64,000 bases of DNA from Podarcis pityusensis (taxonomy: Eukaryota): NCBI GenBank assembly GCA_964106645.2, contig OZ067051.1; one strand, written 5' to 3'. Below, piece by piece: positions 57,190 through 64,000 of the stretch. How positions within the stretch are numbered: position 1 is the stretch's first letter; every line of letters starts with the position of its first letter. The notes below the pieces were generated by a model, which did no database searches, was not told the origin of the DNA, and saw nothing but the letters and a program-made list of their open reading frames with translations. The position numbers and the translations under genes were made by a program.

Positions 57190-58150
57190 CCCCGCTTCGC
57201 CCGCAAACTCAGGCAGGGAGAGCACAGCGCTTCCTGCGCGAACGGTCTCCTAGCAGACATAGAGCTCCCCCCCCCCACCCGCCCTCCATCGGCGCGGAAG
57301 AAGAGACCAGGCGAGGCGGAGGTTAGATGATAAAAGCGGCCGGCAGGCAAAGAGTTAATCTGCGCCTCCGCCCCTCATCCCGCTGGCGCACCCAGCAAGC
57401 AGAAGAAGCCCGTAGAAGGGGAGGGGCCGCTCTCCTCCCTCACTTCCGGACGGCAGGGGGGCGGAGCCACATCGCCGCCGCCGCACATGCGCTCTCGGAG
57501 AGCCTGCTGGGACAGCGGCCCGGAGGGGAAGCCTTTCGAGAGCGGACCTTCCGGCGCGCAGCCAGGATGGCGGCGGAGGGCTCCTGCGAGCTGCCGGTGG
57601 TGCCGGCGGCAGGGCTTGGCCTGTCCGGGGCTCCCTCCGCCTCCTGCCGGCGCTGCAGCAGCAGCTCCAGTTCGTCGTCGTCGTCCTTCTCCTCGCCTTC
57701 GTCGTCGTCCTCGTCGTCGTGCGGGGGCTGCCTCGCTCCCCCGGCCCCTCCCGTCGCGGGCGGCGTGCCCGGGAAATGGGTCCGGCTGAACGTGGGCGGC
57801 ACCTGCTTCCTCACCACCCGGCAGACGCTCTGCAGGGACCCCAAAAGCTTCCTTTTCCGCCTCTGCCAGGCCGACCCGGACCTCGACTCCGATAAGGTGA
57901 GGGGGCGCCGCCGCCGCATTCTGCAGGTGCTCAGGGGACAGGCCGGGCGAGGACCCCATAGCTTGGCCGCCCCACCGCGGGCACTAGGCTGGAGGGCCCC
58001 CGCTTTGCTGCCCCGGTTCCTCCTGGAGTGCCGGGCCTCTGCGTGAGAAAGAGCCGCTCAGGCCACCTGTGTCACGGCGCCGTCGTTACCGTGAAAGAGG
58101 CGCCCACCGTCAGGTTCTCGCTCTTTTCTGGTCGGTTACCCATCTCCCGC
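57190..58150. promoter_or_regulatory. CpG island / KCTD5 promoter
   Basis: CpG-dense, with GC boxes, ETS CACTTCCGG at ~57441 and NRF1-like GCACATGCGC at ~57483. Confidence 0.8.
57567..57896 (+). CDS. KCTD5: KCTD5 exon 1
   Basis: aggATGg MAAEGSCEL...DSDK|gtgagg. Confidence 0.93.
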
Positions 58151-61100
58151 ATCTAGGCAGGCAACTTTAAGTGTTGAGCATGTATAATTAGTATGCATTA
58201 AGCACAGTAGGACTTGCTTCCGAGGAAACATGCATAGGGTTGCACTGCGAGTTCACGAGGGATCCATACTGTCTTGAGCAGAGGGTGTGGAGCGACGGGG
58301 TTGAAGGGAGATCTCAGTGCCAGCTCAAAGCATCTTGCTGCCTGAAGTGGAGCACCAGCCGTAGCCCCCTTTCTATAAAAGAAACCCTTCCTATGCCTGT
58401 TCAAAGCCCACCTGGGCCTCAATGTGCATGCTGCTGGTCCCTAGGCATTCCGCAAGTGAGAGACTCCAGTACTGAAGCGCTGGGCCCCATCAAAGCCCAC
58501 AAGTCTTAAAAATGTGTGAAGTTTTCAGTTTATCAGAACTCTCTAGCAAGCAAGATATTAACACAAAGCAAGGTTTTATGAGGGGAAATCAAACCCAAAT
58601 ATAGTTGCTGTGGCCATGTGGCCAGCTGGCTGGTCTCGGTTCCAGCTTGGAGATGCAGGCCAAACGGGTCTATCCTAGGGGCTACATGAACCAGGTGACC
58701 CACCTGGGATTATGTCCTCATGATTTGAGAAAATAAAGCCTGACTTGTAACACTAATGTTTCTAACACCCTAGACAAAAGACAGATTTCTTAGGCAGAAC
58801 AGAAGTAACAAGACATGGTAGTATTATTTCACTTGTAAATCTAGAAGGGCCATCATGGGTTATCTGATCCAACTTACTGCTGATCTGGAAAATCAGCTTT
58901 GGGAAAGAGACTGTATTTCTTGAGAGTCACTCTAAAAGGCTTGTTCAAAACAGCTTTGTCTCCGGGCTTCTTTTAGTAGATTGAAGGTTCTCTTGTTTTA
59001 CCCAGGGGGGAATCTATGATTCTCCAAATGCTGGTGGACTTTGACTTCCAACATCCATGGCTGGCAGCAGGAGCTAATGGGGGTTGGAGACCAACAACAT
59101 CTGCAGAGGACCAGATTAGCAAAGGCTGGTCTAGACTCTGCATACCTGGGCTCTGGGCATCTCCAGGCCTTGACTTCTCTTCACCAGACAGGTTCCTCTT
59201 CTCTGGGGCCAGGATGCCAACTTGAATCAAATATTGGGGGGGGGGGGCAGGTAAGCTCCAGTCCACATAATTGATCAAATGATGCAGTGTAACACACCAT
59301 TTGAATGGCAATGCCCATCAACTTTAGCCCCCCCCCAAATATATTTTATTGGGGAGGCTGAAGGAGACCTTCGCCCCTAGGAGTTGGCTACTTTTCTCTG
59401 GAGTAAAGTTGTTATTCTCTCTTCTGGTTGGACTCGTAGATGAAGGCAACATGCAGAAAGTCTTCTCCCAACAGACTAACTCACAAATAGCTAACTTGGT
59501 GTCCTCCTTATGTTGGACTGTGACATGCTTCAGCGCCAGCCAGCATGACAAATGGTCAGGGAAAGGTGGGAGTTGTAGTTCAGCAACAACTGGGAGGCAC
59601 CATGTTGGTTGTTCCTGGATTTGAATAAGGAAACTTCAAAGGGGTTGTGAAACTCTTGGGTTTTAAGCTTTAACGCAAATGTGACACCTCTTTTTGCATT
59701 TCATTTCCATATGATCTCACTGTTTGTATTTCTTTCTCTACACCTATGTAGCAATGGCATGCACTGTATCTGATGAGGTAGATGCTAGTCCATAAAAGCT
59801 TACAGTCTTCATAGTGCCCCTGGCTGCTTAGTTAATTGTTAAGTGTGCCTTGGCAGTGGTCAGATTGCACTCCAGTCCTGAAAGACTCAGTTGGCATATA
59901 ACTTAAGCTTGCTTTTAATGACTCAAGTGAGCTGCCTCTCCTTGCCCTTTAGTTCCTGATAACCCCCCTTGTGTATTGCCTCAGAGTGCAAGTCTGAACT
60001 TGCCTAGATCATGTTGTTTGTCGATGCTGGTTCTTACTTAACTTTTAAAATATTCATTGAAAAAATAGAGTAGCTACTTTCATAAACAGTGGGCATACAC
60101 TAAGAAAATCAGACTGTCAAAACAGCTGTCTCCCAGTAGGTCTTGCCATATTTGCTCATGAGACAATTGTAGGAGGGGGAGAGGGTCCACCTTTCAGGTT
60201 GCTCCTATTGGCATAAGTACTGCCAAGCAAAAAACAATTTGTCATGTCAGTATAACCCTATAATGTCAGTTTCTCAGATAAGCTATTTCCACAGTTTTCC
60301 CCCCACTGTAGTCTTTTCCATTGCTTGGCTAATTCTAGCCACACTACTACAAGCATAATAGTAATCAGATCCTTATGGAGCAAATATTTATTAGGTCAGT
60401 TGAGTAAGCTCAGCAGTGCAAGATTACAGTCTACTCAGATTTGTTTTCTGATAAGAATAGATCTGTTCTCTTGATTGTGCTCTTAAATCATGGGGTCAGC
60501 AAAATCCAGTGCTGCTGGACTGCACATTGTACATCTCTGTGCCAAACTCTGCTTTCTAACTTTAGAACTGTGGCAAGCCTGTAATGAAGTGGGGGAAAGA
60601 GCTGGATAGATTCTCATGGATCCATGGTTTTTACATGAAGGTGCCTCAGATCCACTATCAAACCAATGCTTATATCTTTGTCCATGGGCTGCTCCATAAA
60701 AATCACAGTTCATCATGGTGCCAAAAATTAGACCCATGGTAAAACTCATTCAGATCCAAGAAAAGCCATTTCCAGGTTTCATGTTTTTGCTAGTGGTGCA
60801 AAGACTCACCAGAATTGTGAATTTTGCAATGCAGTTGTTTCATACTTAGAGAGATAATTTGCATCCTCAAAGCCTATCCATCAACAAGTAGGCTGTATAT
60901 TTATTGTAAGATACCAATCAATGCAACAGGACCTGGATCCTTCAGTGTGGATCTTCACAGCATGGACTGAGAGCACCAAAAAATTTATTGGCCTGAAGTT
61001 TGCAACAAGAATGCAAGAGACCTTGTAGCATCATGCTACGACTATTGTATGTTATGTCCTGGAAGTACCAGAACAGACACTGAATTGGTAATCCATGAAT

Positions 61101-63635
61101 GTCCAGAGTGGGACTGGAATTTCCATTTAATCATTACATGGATCCATCAGGATCTGGCCATCAGAAATGGGCTGTGTACAGCAACAAGAAGCTGATTTTT
61201 GTGGTGAGTAACCAGAGGTGTGAACAATAATGATAAGACAAAGGTGGTGAAGGGTTCTATTTGTAAAAAAAAAAAGATGTATAGAGATCAGTGCTTCTTC
61301 ATTCCCAGTTTTTTTGCACCACAAGCATCACGTAGTATTAGTTTTACAATTTTATAATGTTCATTGTCTTTTGACAGTGAATTTGGGGCATTTTCATGTA
61401 AAAATGTCGTCTGATCTTTCTCTGTATTCCTATGGGCATTTATTAAAAATACTTATATACCACTATTTCATAGGGAAAAAAATCAGAGTACTTTACAATA
61501 ATGCATAAAACTATACAATCAAAACCATAAAAATTTAAAATCCGACATCAGTTAACTGTCATGGTATTAGATGTGGAATGTGATTATGCAGTGGATTTTG
61601 AGTTTCTCTATTTAAAAAATGCTGAGCTTTTTTTCGTGAGAACTACCATTCTGGCCCCTGTAGAACCGAAAGATAGTGACTATTATGTTTTCAATGCAAT
61701 CAGTGGGGATGGATGCAGGTTGTGAATAGCTGGTAGATTTTTGTGACCTTCTTTCTAAGAATCAAAAGGATCCATGCCTAGAATCTAGGTTTTTGCAGTG
61801 TCACAAAACACTGGATCCATGATCTTTGTAGTGCATTCTGCCACCATATTTATTTATTGTTGGATGCCTCCTTTCAGAGTAAAAACTCCCAATGTGGTTT
61901 CCGTAGAAGCAGTAGCATACAATACATAAAAAGAGCCCATCTGGTCCAGCACCCTGGGCTCACCAGGTGCTCAAATGAATAGGCCACAAACACGACCTGA
62001 ACACAGCAGCAGCAGCAGCAGCAGCACTCTCCCTTTTGGGCTTCCCTCCAACTGAGCTTCAGAGACATAGCACCTCTGACAGTGGAGGTGGAGCATAGCC
62101 ATTGTGGCTAGTAGCCATTGGTTGCCATATCTTCCATGAATGTGTCCAGTCCTTTTTAAAAGCCGTTCAAGTTGGTGGTCATCACTACTTCTTGCAGGAG
62201 TAAATTCTGTAGTTTAACTATGTGCTGTGTGAAGAAGTCCTTCCTTTTTTCTTTTTAAAAAATCTTAGTGGAAATTCAGTTCTTGTGATTTCCTTTATTT
62301 TAGTTTTGGTTTTGCATTTTCACTTTTATTCACAACATTTTATTGACACTTTTATTGTCACAACATCCATATTTCTATATCAAGGAAAAATGAATGAAAA
62401 GTCCTTCATTTTGTCTGTTCTAAATCTTCAAAAGTTCAACCTGTTGTGTGGCCCTGAGTCTTGAGGGAGGGAGAGGTTTCTGTACACCATGCATAATTTT
62501 ATACACCTCTGCCATGTGTCCCTCCCAACTCATTTTCCCCCTCTAAATATTATAAATTGCAAATATTAAAGCCAATGCCATAAAAACAAATAACATCAGG
62601 GCAAATTTAATAATTGGAACCACCCCTATGAGAAAGCACAATAACAAAATTGTCGTTCAGGAAAATGCTGTGAGACTTGACTGGATGGTGAATTTTTGTG
62701 TTCAGCTCATAAAAATAATGTGAATTCAGAGGGCTCTGGCAACCTTCTGCAAAATCATATTTCTGTACAGGTGTGTAACAAAATACCTTTTAAGCCCCTT
62801 TGATGTTTTATTAAACAGCCCCTCTTCTTGACAGGAGGATGAGATTTTTGCTGATTTCCTGTTCGGTTCCTTTTGCCTTCCAAAAATCTGCTCCAGATGG
62901 TTGAGGGACCCACCAGAACCTTTGGGTAGGGGAGATTACTGGGGTCTGCAGGGAGAATTGGAGAAAGCCCTCTTCCTGTAGTGGATACCTCAACTCAGTC
63001 AGAGCACATTTTATAAACTGTAGGAACCATTCATTACATTTCTAAGCCTGGATCTAACCCGGAGATTTGAGGGCTTTATTGCTTTGGTTGCAATTTTAGG
63101 TTTATTATTTAGTATAAAGACCATAACTACTGGTTGAATAAAATGGATTGTTCTCATTTGCATAAACGTTATTAAGCTTTTCTTACCCCACATTAATATT
63201 GATTGTCATTTGAGCCAAATTATTAATTTTCACAATCCCTTGCAGTAATTGATTAGAGATTAGAAACTAGCTGAGTAGTATCTCTGTTTCACAATTAAGA
63301 CCTCCATACTGAAGCTCTGATTATTCATTAATGCAGTGCATTGAATCCATGGTGGAAGCTTCTGACATGGATGAGGGCATGTCAGGGTTGGAATGTCAGG
63401 ATCTCTGTGGGGTCTCACACTAATTTAATCCGGTATTTTAATTTAGTTGGCTGATCTGGGAATAGGATGGCTTAAGTGTGATAAGACAATTTCTATATAA
63501 ATAAGTAACATACATATTTTAATTAGGATGAAACAGGTGCCTACTTAATAGACAGAGATCCAACCTACTTTGGACCGGTGTTGAATTATCTCCGACACGG
63601 GAAACTGGTTATCAATAAAGACCTCGCAGAGGAAG
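57567..63635 (+). CDS. KCTD5: BTB/POZ domain protein KCTD5, 5' part: join(57567..57896,63527..63635); continues beyond the window
   Basis: [41 protein letters not shown]|[36 protein letters not shown]; follows PDPK1 as in human. Confidence 0.95.
60489..61752. mobile_element. Possible highly degraded hAT transposon in KCTD5 intron 1
   Basis: Imperfect inverted ends ggggtcagcaaaatcca / tagatttttgtgacc; recurrent GGATCC(A); a CEFC motif at ~60815. Confidence 0.3.
63527..63635 (+). CDS. KCTD5: KCTD5 exon 2
   Basis: aattag|[36 protein letters not shown]|gtatgt. Confidence 0.95.
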
Positions 63636-64000
63636 GTATGTTTTGCTGTTTAGGAAAACTGCTTTAATGCTTGATCATAGCTGTGAAAAATCACTTTGGG
63701 TGTAATTGGTTTCACATATGCAAAGCAGGGCGGCCTGTTTGGGCTGGGCTAGTTTGTAGCATTGCTGTGCAACTTGCACTGGCCTTCAGATCTTGAGACC
63801 TGAATGATCCTTTAGAAACCAGGATTTGGCACCTGAAGTGCTGTGAGGTCACTGTTTTGGGGAGGTTGTTGGCTGGTGCATGACCTACCTGGAACACTCT
63901 CCTTGCTCCTGGGCTTTCTCTTTCTGCTTTGGTCTTGGAGCAGAGGCCTTGCCTTATCCTGACCAGGGCAACAGTTCAGAGGGACAGTCTGCCGCTTGGC

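Noticed and set aside
57327-57566. N-terminal extension of KCTD5 from the ATG at 57327
   Set aside because: Homology begins at the strong-Kozak ATG at 57567; the upstream part is promoter or 5' UTR.

Overview
This is vertebrate genomic DNA from a squamate reptile, probably a lacertid lizard (inferred from Sauria-type SINEs and the MITE/CR1/L2 repeat set). Five spliced protein-coding genes lie in tandem on the + strand, each reconstructed by hand from GT-AG sites and reading-frame phase: the 3' end of IL4R (TM exon and cytoplasmic exon), complete IL21R (8 coding exons, 571 aa), complete IL9R (8 coding exons, 485 aa), complete PDPK1 (14 exons, 553 aa, with a U12 minor intron) and the first two exons of KCTD5. 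The most notable observations are: (1) a full-length, TSD-flanked processed HTATSF1 copy, antisense inside an IL21R intron, with a 345-codon ORF and a perfect NF-kB site about 30 bp upstream of its 5' end; (2) a Sauria SINE at the IL9R WSXWS exon whose ~108-bp duplication leaves two competing splice acceptors, one leading to an early stop; (3) 11 substitutions clustered in the normally near-invariant PDK1 N-lobe/PIF-pocket region; (4) altered tyrosine docking motifs in IL4R and IL9R; (5) a solo LTR carrying an Arg-rich reading frame over a hairpin. Comparisons with human proteins are from recalled sequences, not from database searches.
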